Shown: piece by piece, positions 1-7,262 of the stretch
How positions within the stretch are numbered: position 1 is the stretch's first letter
Layout of the letters: each line of letters begins with the position of its first letter
NCBI GenBank assembly: GCA_902627595.1
Contig: CACOJO010000003.1
Span: 83,829 to 147,828, forward strand
Direction of reading: 5' to 3'
Length of the DNA stretch: 64,000 nt
From: an uncultured SAR86 cluster bacterium
GTDB lineage: Bacteria > Pseudomonadota > Gammaproteobacteria > Magnimaribacterales > AG-339-G14
The notes under the pieces: model-generated
What the model was told of the DNA's origin: nothing
The model's input: only the letters and a program-made list of their open reading frames with translations
Database searches by the model: none
Program-made: the position numbers and the translations under genes

Positions 1-395
1 AAATAGAGAAAAGATGGCCTTCATATAGAAAAAACCTTCATCAGTTGATTTCAAATTTATATGAAGCCAATTCACTTTTAATTTTTCAAGCGGAAGAAGA
101 TTTCAATCATGTAAGCATTAAAAAAAATACACTTTCATTAAATAAATTTTTTCATCTCCCACCGCTACGTCAAAAAAATGTTTTTATATTTTGGATTAAT
201 CTCAATGGCTTAAATCAACCAAATGCAAAAGTTATAAATCTATTTTTTGAAAAGTTTTTAACAGACGATAAAACTTCTAAAGCAAAATATATTTGGGGAA
301 CACCATCAAAAAAAGGGTCGGTTTGTATAACAAAGACATCTAGAGAAATTAAAATCTCAGAGCTATCAGCTCAAAATTTTGGAAACGCAGTTTAA
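1..395 (+). CDS. hypothetical protein, probable 3' fragment of a gene starting left of the window
   Basis: The frame of the listed 45..395 ORF has no stop codon back to nt 3, so the TTG at 45 is probably internal. No motif recognised. The last 30 nt overlap the convergent leuA 3' end. Confidence 0.3.
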   Translation, partial: IEKRWPSYRKNLHQLISNLYEANSLLIFQAEEDFNHVSIKKNTLSLNKFFHLPPLRQKNVFIFWINLNGLNQPNAKVINLFFEKFLTDDKTSKAKYIWGTPSKKGSVCITKTSREIKISELSAQNFGNAV

Positions 396-2036
396 TATTG
401 CTTTGTATGATGCAACAGTAGTATTCGGATCTATTCCTGCTCCCCAATCAGAGGTATTTTTATTTTGAATTTCTATGTAAGCCACTGCTGATGCATCAGA
501 ACCTGAAGCAATTGAATGTTGATGATAGTCTGAGACTTTTAAACTCAGATTTAGATGGCTATTTAAAGCGTTAATGAAGGCATCTATTGGACCATTTCCT
601 GTCCCCTCAATTAAAATTTCTTTACTATTTTCCAATAAAGAAAGTTTGATTTTATCTTCCTTGTTAGAAGATTGCACTTCATGAGAGTTGTAAGAAATTT
701 TATTTGAATTGGATATGAGATAATTATTTTCAAAGCTTTGCCATATTTCTTTAGAATCTAATTCCTTACCAGTTTCATCAGCTTGTTTTTGAATAACCTG
801 ACTAAAATCTATTTGCATTCTTCTTGGCAAAGTTATTCCATAATCTTGTTCTAAAATATAAGAAATACCTCCTTTTCCAGATTGACTATTGATTCTTATT
901 ACAGCCTCGTAAGTTCTTCCGACATCTTCAGGATCTATCGGAAGATAAGGTACACGCCACTTTGTGTCATTCGAACTTCGCATTTCATCAAATCCTTTTT
1001 TAATTGCATCTTGATGCGAGCCAGAAAAGGCAGTAAAAACTAAGTCTCCAGCATATGGATGTCTTGGATGAACTGGAAGCTGGTTACAATATTCAACTTC
1101 ACGCATTGTTTTGTTGATATCTGAAAAATCTAGTTTAGGGTCAACTCCTTGAGTAAATAAATTTAATCCCAACGTAACAATGTCTACGTTACCTGTTCTC
1201 TCACCATTTCCAAAAAGTGTTCCTTCTATTCTGTCTGCTCCTGCCATAAGGCCTAGTTCAGCTGCCGCAACGGCTGTTCCTCTATCGTTATGCGGATGAA
1301 GACTTAGAATAATTTTATCTCTACTTTTTAAGTTTTCGTTCATCCATTGAATTTGATCTGCGTAAATATTTGGTGTTGATAGTTCTACAGTGGCGGGGAG
1401 GTTAATGATAGTCTTGTTTTTATTGCCACCGTGCCAAATATTATTTACTTCATCACAAACTTCAGCAGCATAATCAAGTTCAGTTCCGGTAAAACTTTCT
1501 GGGCTATATTCAAATTGCCAATTTGTTTTATCAAACTCTTCCGAAAGCTTTTGTACCAATTCTGCTCCTTCAGTAGCAATTTTAGTAATCCCAGATTTAT
1601 CTTTCTTAAAAACTACTTCTCTTTGCAAAGTCGAAGTAGAGTTATAAAGATGAAAAATAACATTTTTTGCCCCTTCGGTTGCTTCGAATGTTTTATTTAT
1701 CAAGTGTTCTCTAGCTTGAGATAAAACTTGAATTTTGACATCAGAGGGAATTAGATTTTCGTCAATTAACTTTCGCACAAATTTAAATTCAGTATCAGAT
1801 GCTGAAGGAAATCCAATTTCTATTTCTTTAAAGCCCAAAGAAATTAGCATTGAAAAAAATCTAAGTTTTTTTTCAATGCCCATTGGCTCAATAAGAGACT
1901 GATTGCCATCTCTCAAATCTACACTACACCAAATTGGAGCTTTAGTAATTTGATTTGTAGGCCAGCTTCTATTTTTAAGCTTTATTTTCTCGAAAGACGA
2001 GTATTTGGAAATAGCACTATTATCTATTTTTTTCAT
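366..2036 (-). CDS. leuA: 2-isopropylmalate synthase (long LeuA form)
   Basis: 556 aa. Has the HMGL-like motifs CSVDLRDGNQS and LHPHNDRGTAVAA plus a long C-terminal LeuA dimerisation/regulatory region. Confidence 0.9.
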   Translation of the reverse strand: MKKIDNSAISKYSSFEKIKLKNRSWPTNQITKAPIWCSVDLRDGNQSLIEPMGIEKKLRFFSMLISLGFKEIEIGFPSASDTEFKFVRKLIDENLIPSDVKIQVLSQAREHLINKTFEATEGAKNVIFHLYNSTSTLQREVVFKKDKSGITKIATEGAELVQKLSEEFDKTNWQFEYSPESFTGTELDYAAEVCDEVNNIWHGGNKNKTIINLPATVELSTPNIYADQIQWMNENLKSRDKIILSLHPHNDRGTAVAAAELGLMAGADRIEGTLFGNGERTGNVDIVTLGLNLFTQGVDPKLDFSDINKTMREVEYCNQLPVHPRHPYAGDLVFTAFSGSHQDAIKKGFDEMRSSNDTKWRVPYLPIDPEDVGRTYEAVIRINSQSGKGGISYILEQDYGITLPRRMQIDFSQVIQKQADETGKELDSKEIWQSFENNYLISNSNKISYNSHEVQSSNKEDKIKLSLLENSKEILIEGTGNGPIDAFINALNSHLNLSLKVSDYHQHSIASGSDASAVAYIEIQNKNTSDWGAGIDPNTTVASYKAILNCVSKILS

Positions 2037-2081
2037 AGTTATAAATTAACTTAAGTGTGCTTATCATATAAGATATTTACA

Positions 2082-2381
2082 ATGAAATCAGAGGAAAAAC
2101 TTTTGAAAGAAATGGGAGTTTTTTTTTGGTCTCTTAAAAATAATTTTTCGTTTGACGGACAATTTGTAACAAAAAAAGAACAAAAAAACTTTTCAAAACA
2201 AGATCTTAAATTTTTGAAGTCTTTAAGCATCTCCTTTAGACAAGGATTTTCTGACATTTATCCAGATAGGATAATGGATTTTTTATCTTCAAAAAATATT
2301 CAAGTTCAGACTTTTGATGATTTAAAAAAAATATCACCTGAAGAAAAAAGAAAACTTCTAATTAACATTGAGAAAAATTGA
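2082..2381 (+). CDS. holD: candidate DNA polymerase III psi subunit (short form)
   Basis: The ATG at 2082 is in frame with the listed GTG at 2055. The N-terminus LLKEMGVFFWSLKN resembles my recollection of the psi N-terminal motif (LQQLGITQWSLRRP in E. coli HolD). The gene overlaps the start of rimI, matching the E. coli holD-rimI arrangement. About 99 aa versus 137 aa in E. coli. Confidence 0.5.
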   Translation: MKSEEKLLKEMGVFFWSLKNNFSFDGQFVTKKEQKNFSKQDLKFLKSLSISFRQGFSDIYPDRIMDFLSSKNIQVQTFDDLKKISPEEKRKLLINIEKN

Positions 2382-2877
2382 AAAAATAAAAAAACGCTAT
2401 CTTGAGCAAGTTTTTGGTATAGAACAGCTCTCCAACTCAACTCCATGGAGTTACTCAAGTTTTTTGGACTGCATGAGAAAAGATTACAAATTTTACGTTT
2501 GTGTCGAAGATGAGAAAGTTTTAGGTTTTTTTATTGCAAGCTTTAGTTTGCTAGAGGGACATTTATTAAATATCTCTGTGGCTCCGAATATGAAAAGAAA
2601 AGGAATTGGTAATGATCTTCTAGATAAGGTGGAAAAAATATCAAACCAATTTGGAATTAAAGAAATCTTTTTAGAAGTAAGAGAGTCTAATAATGAAGCA
2701 ATAAGTTTCTATAAAAATTATGGTTTTCTCGAAATTGGTTTAAGAAAAAATTACTACAAACTTTACGATGGCAGGGAGGATGCTTTAATTTTTTCTAAGA
2801 AACTGAAAAATAATTCTCTTTCTTTAAAGCAAATTTTCTATATCCTGGGCAATATCCTTAGGTTCCGTATTCGGTGA
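2368..2877 (+). CDS. rimI: ribosomal-protein-alanine N-acetyltransferase (GNAT)
   Basis: Has the GNAT acetyl-CoA motif (NMKRKGIGNDLL), the typical RimI N-terminus (E..S....W) and an EVRESN..AI.FY motif. TTG start. The 3' end overlaps the convergent gpx gene by 54 nt. Confidence 0.75.
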   Translation: MRKIEKIKKRYLEQVFGIEQLSNSTPWSYSSFLDCMRKDYKFYVCVEDEKVLGFFIASFSLLEGHLLNISVAPNMKRKGIGNDLLDKVEKISNQFGIKEIFLEVRESNNEAISFYKNYGFLEIGLRKNYYKLYDGREDALIFSKKLKNNSLSLKQIFYILGNILRFRIR

Positions 2878-3306
2878 GTAACGTTTTATTACCTCACCAT
2901 TTTTATTTACTAAAAACTTTGTAAAGTTCCATTTAATAGCTTTACTTCCCAGTAATCCTTTTTTTTCTGATTTAAGAAAATCATATAAAGGGTCAGCATT
3001 TTTGCCATTCACATCAATTTTTCCCATAACTGGAAAACTTGTTTGAAAGTTTATTGAACAGAATTCTTGAATTTCTTCATTAGTCCCGGGTTCTTGATTT
3101 CCAAATTGATTACATGGAAAAGCCAAAACTGAAAAATCTCTATCCTCAAATTTCTTTTGAAGCTCTTCTAAACCATCGTATTGTGGGGTAAAGCCGCATT
3201 TGCTTGCAGTATTTACAATTAAGAGAGCTTTGCCTCTATATTTATCTAAAGATACAGCATTATTTGCATCATCATTTACAGAAAAGTCATATAATGTTTC
3301 GCTCAT
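2824..3306 (-). CDS. glutathione peroxidase (Cys type, BtuE-like)
   Basis: 160 aa with the three GPx signature blocks NTASKCGFT, LAFPCNQFG and WNFTKFL. Confidence 0.85.
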   Translation of the reverse strand: MSETLYDFSVNDDANNAVSLDKYRGKALLIVNTASKCGFTPQYDGLEELQKKFEDRDFSVLAFPCNQFGNQEPGTNEEIQEFCSINFQTSFPVMGKIDVNGKNADPLYDFLKSEKKGLLGSKAIKWNFTKFLVNKNGEVIKRYSPNTEPKDIAQDIENLL

Positions 3307-3360
3307 AAAAATATTTTATCAGAAAAATTTTAAATTCTTTAATCTACGGGGAGATCAAAA

Positions 3361-4401
3361 ATGAAATACAGAAAGCTAGGAAATACTGACTTGGATGTAA
3401 GTCTTATTTGTTTGGGAACAATGACATGGGGTCAACAAAATACTGAAGCGGAAGGCCATGAACAAATGGATTATGCTGTAGAAAGAGGAGTAAACTTTTT
3501 TGATACTGCAGAACTCTATTCAATTCCTCCAAAAGCAGAAACACAAGGCAGTACTGAAACAATTATCGGCACATGGTTCAAAAAAAATAATAATCGAGAA
3601 AAAATTATTTTAGCTACAAAAGTTGCTGGTAGAAGCGGAATGGATTGGTTCAGAGGAGGCGAGACTCGTTTAGATAAAAAAAATATCGAATCCGCAATAG
3701 AAGGAAGTCTAAAAAGATTGCAGACAGATTATGTTGATTTGTATCAGCTCCATTGGCCAGATAGACCTATGCCAATGTTTGGTGGAGGGGCAGGCCTTTA
3801 CAAACACTATGATATGGAAAGCATTGCAATTTCTGAAACATTGGAAGTTCTAAAGTCTTTAGTCGACTCTGGTAAAGTGAGGTATATCGGTTTATCTAAT
3901 GAGACACCTTGGGGACTTTCAGAATTTATAAGAATTGCGGATCAAATGAATTTGCCAAGGGTTCAGTCGGTTCAAAATGCTTACAATCTTCTAAACAGGA
4001 CTTATGAGTACGGCATGTCTGAATTTTATTTCAGATCTGAAGTAGGTTTATTGGCATATTCTCCGCTTGCTCAAGGGTATTTATCTGGAAAATACTTAAA
4101 TGGTGCAAGACCTAAGGGTTCTAGAACTCAATTGTTTGGCAGAGGTCAAAGATATGAAACAGAATCTGCCGAAAATTCAATTCAAAAATATGTCGACTAC
4201 GCAAAAGAAATAAATATCGACCCTTCAGTAATGGCAAACGCTTTTGTTAATTCCAGAGATTTTGTGACATCCAACATCATCGGAGCCACAACAATGGAAC
4301 AACTAAAATTAGCCATAGATAGTTTTGAAGTAGAACTGAGCGAAGAAAATCTAACTTATTTGGAACAAGTACACGCGGCTTGCCCTAATCCATGTCCTTA
4401 A
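3361..4401 (+). CDS. tas: NADP(H)-dependent aldo/keto reductase, Tas-like
   Basis: 346 aa, the same length as E. coli Tas. Similar throughout as recalled (LGTMT.G.QN.E....Q.DYA...G.N..DTAE.Y, LKRLQTDY.DLYQ.HWP, GATTMEQLK). A GGGGAG Shine-Dalgarno lies upstream. Confidence 0.8.
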   Translation: MKYRKLGNTDLDVSLICLGTMTWGQQNTEAEGHEQMDYAVERGVNFFDTAELYSIPPKAETQGSTETIIGTWFKKNNNREKIILATKVAGRSGMDWFRGGETRLDKKNIESAIEGSLKRLQTDYVDLYQLHWPDRPMPMFGGGAGLYKHYDMESIAISETLEVLKSLVDSGKVRYIGLSNETPWGLSEFIRIADQMNLPRVQSVQNAYNLLNRTYEYGMSEFYFRSEVGLLAYSPLAQGYLSGKYLNGARPKGSRTQLFGRGQRYETESAENSIQKYVDYAKEINIDPSVMANAFVNSRDFVTSNIIGATTMEQLKLAIDSFEVELSEENLTYLEQVHAACPNPCP

Positions 4402-4402
4402 T

Positions 4403-4843
4403 TTGATGAAATGGATATGGCACAAATATCATGATTTAGATGACTCGCAGTTAAGAGATATTTCAGAACTAAGAAAATCTTTTTTTGAAGCAGATCAGCA
4501 AGATCCGGTAAAAGACGAATACGACGAAATGAGTTTTCATCTTTTAGGACTGATTGACTCTAAATTAGTCGCATATGGTAGAGTGATTCCTCCTCACGGT
4601 GAATTTATCAATCCTTACCTTAGTAGAGTCATTGTGGCTGAAAAATTCAGAAAAAAAGGTTTCGGCAAAGCTTTGGTTAATGAGCTGAGTAATAAATCAA
4701 AAGCTTTGTTCTCCAATAAAATAATAAAAGTATCAAGCTTGGCTTCTACCTTAAGTTTTTATAAAAAACATAATTTCATAGAAGACAAAAAGGTCATCGA
4801 CGAGGCTGGAATTGAGCATTTTATTTTATTGAAAAATGATTGA
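4403..4843 (+). CDS. GNAT family N-acetyltransferase, ElaA-like
   Basis: 146 aa. Has the GNAT core (RVIVAEKFRKKGFGKALV) and a C-terminal EAGIEHFIL resembling ElaA EDGIPHIGM. Starts 2 nt after the tas stop (TTG 4403 or ATG 4406). Confidence 0.6.
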   Translation: MMKWIWHKYHDLDDSQLRDISELRKSFFEADQQDPVKDEYDEMSFHLLGLIDSKLVAYGRVIPPHGEFINPYLSRVIVAEKFRKKGFGKALVNELSNKSKALFSNKIIKVSSLASTLSFYKKHNFIEDKKVIDEAGIEHFILLKND

Positions 4844-5669
4844 TAAAAAATACGTTAACATCTTGTTAATTATTATTTTTTTTATTTCCTTATTTATTTC
4901 TTTAAATTCAGTTATTTTCGAGACCAATTTTCAACTCGACCAAGCAATTGCCCGCGTAGGCGAAAAGGAGATAAGCCGACAAAGGTTTGAAGAGATAATT
5001 AAAGTTTTGGATGATCAAAGCAAGTCAGAATTGACCCTGAAAAAGAAAAATTTGATTCTAGAAAGACTGATTGATGAGGAACTTCTAATTCAAAGAGCTA
5101 TAGAGCTTGATTTGGTAAGAAATGACTCCTTGATAAAAGGGAATGTAATTCAGACTATGTTTCAATACATCATCAACTCAAATGAATTGGCTGAACCTTC
5201 AGAGGCTGAGTTAAGAGACTATTTCAACAAAGAGAAGAATTACTTTTCCTCAGGCAGGCGTTACAAACTCAAGAATTATACTTTTCGTAATTTGAGAGAT
5301 GCAGAAACAGCAAGAAATTTGCTTAACCAAAGCAATTTGGAAAGCTTTTTAAAACTTGTAGAAACGGAAAACGCTATTGATTTGCCAAATGTTTTTCTCA
5401 CGCCACAAAAAATAAGAGATTATTTAGGACCCAAAGTGCTAGAAGAATTACCAAGTCTCGAAAAAGGGGACTTTTCTAATATTTATTTAATAAACGAAGT
5501 ACCTAGTATGGTTATTTGCATTGATATTTTGTTTGATAACAATCCAAAATTTGATGAAATCATTGAACAAATAAAGAACAAATACATCAGAGATCGAGAA
5601 GATAGTCTAGTAAAAGAGTATGTTGAAAATCTAAGAAATTTTTATGAAATTGAAAAATATTCTTTTTAG
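4836..5669 (+). CDS. membrane-anchored SurA_N / parvulin-like chaperone-type protein (function unknown)
   Basis: 277 aa. One N-terminal hydrophobic helix (VNILLIIIFFISLFISL). This is followed by the pattern A.VG..EIS...F.......L..LI.EELL.Q.A typical of SurA N-terminal / PpiD-like chaperone domains. No clear parvulin catalytic motif seen. Overlaps the upstream GNAT by 8 nt and the downstream gene by 26 nt. Confidence 0.4.
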   Translation: MIDKKYVNILLIIIFFISLFISLNSVIFETNFQLDQAIARVGEKEISRQRFEEIIKVLDDQSKSELTLKKKNLILERLIDEELLIQRAIELDLVRNDSLIKGNVIQTMFQYIINSNELAEPSEAELRDYFNKEKNYFSSGRRYKLKNYTFRNLRDAETARNLLNQSNLESFLKLVETENAIDLPNVFLTPQKIRDYLGPKVLEELPSLEKGDFSNIYLINEVPSMVICIDILFDNNPKFDEIIEQIKNKYIRDREDSLVKEYVENLRNFYEIEKYSF

Positions 5670-6831
5670 CCTTCTTCTAATCCTTTTTTTTTCAGGAAAT
5701 ATTTTATCTCATCAAAAAAGTCAGTCTTATACCTATTGGAAGGGCGAACTGGCTGGAATGGACTTTGAAGTTTCCGTTTCGACAAAAATCAGCAAAGCAG
5801 TTTTATTCAATCAATTGCAAAACAATGGCTATCGAACAGATCAGCTTGAAAATTATTTTAAAAATAAAATAAGCTCTGAAGATTGCTTTTCACAAAATCT
5901 TCTGATCCAAGATCAAGGCGACTTTGTTAAATACCTGAATAAATTTGTCTGTTCCTCAGAGCAGCCTAGATTTAACTTCAACTTGTTTTTTGACTTGAAT
6001 CTTTCCCACCTAGATTTTTCTTCTCAAGAAAGGGCAGATCAACTCTTACCTGACTTTATTATTTCCTCGGACAATCGACAGATTTCTATTTTTGATGAGA
6101 ATCAAAGTGCTGAGCTTAATTTATCTTTCTTTAACTTTCTCTCTTTCGGTTTCAAACATATCTTGAGTGGGTTGGATCACATTGCTTTTTTATTACTCAT
6201 AATTTTTTTGTGTTCAAACTTAAAAACTCTTTTTTTTGCAATTTCAGGTTTTACCTTAGGACATTCAGCTAGCCTTTTTTCAAGTGTTCAAGGCCTCATT
6301 GCATCTTCAATCAGCTTGGTTGAAATCATGATTGGATTTTCCATCTTAGTCTGCTCGATAGAGGCTTTAGGAAAAAAAACCGCTCAGCTTGGCATGTTTT
6401 CAAATCTTTTATTAGTTGCTTGGGCAATTCTAACTTTTGCTATTTATATCTTTATCCCTAAGCAATCCCTTTTCTTTTTGTCTTTAGGTCTAATGATGTT
6501 TTGCTATTTGAGATTATCTGAAAACTTCCAAAGTAATTTGAGTCTTATTTTTATAACTATTGTGTTTGGGTTTATCCATGGCATGGGTTTTGCAGGTGCA
6601 ATAAATGAGATTTATTTACCAAAAGAAGATATGTTAAAAATTCTTCTCGCTTTCAACTTAGGGATTGAAATTGGTCAAATTTTAATTTTTGGAATTTTTG
6701 CTCTATTTGCCTACCTTTTAAAATTTTATAATTTAGGAAAGCTAAGAAACTTTGCCACTATAGCCATTAATGCATCTATTTTTGGCTACAGCTTAAATCT
6801 CATCATCGAAAGATCTTTTTTAGTTTTTTAG
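5644..6831 (+). CDS. HupE/UreJ-like membrane protein with N-terminal periplasmic domain
   Basis: 395 aa. Signal-like N-terminus with a predicted mature N-terminal His (ILS/HQKSQSY), then an approx. 170-aa soluble region and about 6 TM helices. These carry GLDHIAFLL and GFIHGMGFAG motifs that I associate with the HupE/UreJ (HupE_UreJ_2) family. Confidence 0.5.
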   Translation: MKLKNILFSLLLILFFSGNILSHQKSQSYTYWKGELAGMDFEVSVSTKISKAVLFNQLQNNGYRTDQLENYFKNKISSEDCFSQNLLIQDQGDFVKYLNKFVCSSEQPRFNFNLFFDLNLSHLDFSSQERADQLLPDFIISSDNRQISIFDENQSAELNLSFFNFLSFGFKHILSGLDHIAFLLLIIFLCSNLKTLFFAISGFTLGHSASLFSSVQGLIASSISLVEIMIGFSILVCSIEALGKKTAQLGMFSNLLLVAWAILTFAIYIFIPKQSLFFLSLGLMMFCYLRLSENFQSNLSLIFITIVFGFIHGMGFAGAINEIYLPKEDMLKILLAFNLGIEIGQILIFGIFALFAYLLKFYNLGKLRNFATIAINASIFGYSLNLIIERSFLVF

Positions 6832-7226
6832 ATGATTCTTATGTCTTTTGCTTGAGGTCCTTTGAGACCATCGGTTACTACGTAACTAACTCTGGTACTT
6901 TCTTTGAGAAGTTTTCTATCTTTGATTTCTACCGAGGCGAAGTGAATAAATAAATCTCCACCTTTATCTCTTTCTACAAACCCATAACCTTTACTCGGAT
7001 CAAACCACTTGATTTGACCTTTTTCTCTTCTAATTCTTCTCTTTATTTGCTTGCCATAAACAATAATCATGCTGGAGGTGTAAATACCAAGAAAAAAGAA
7101 GAGAGTTAAAAATACAAGATTTCCTTGAAAAGCTTGGTTAAAAGATTGATTTTCAATGAACCAAAAGTATGCAAAAGCAAATAAAAAAGAAACCAGCAGA
7201 GATGAAGTCGCTCCTCTTAACCACAT
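6828..7226 (-). CDS. cold-shock domain protein with two N-terminal transmembrane helices
   Basis: 132 aa. Residues approx. 8-24 and 37-57 are strongly hydrophobic, followed by the basic stretch KQIKRRIRREK. Then comes a canonical CSD (GQIKWFDPSKGYGFV = RNP1, DLFIHF = RNP2). Confidence 0.75.
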   Translation of the reverse strand: MWLRGATSSLLVSFLFAFAYFWFIENQSFNQAFQGNLVFLTLFFFLGIYTSSMIIVYGKQIKRRIRREKGQIKWFDPSKGYGFVERDKGGDLFIHFASVEIKDRKLLKESTRVSYVVTDGLKGPQAKDIRII

Positions 7227-7262
7227 GAGTGTATTATATCTTTATTGTTATAAAGCTAAAAA

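Noticed and set aside
1431-2257. Plus-strand ORF 1431..1724 inside leuA, and minus-strand ORF 2051..2257 opposite the holD candidate.
   Set aside because: These are shadow frames opposite better-supported genes. The 2051..2257 product has no motif and would leave the rimI-coupled plus-strand ORF unexplained.
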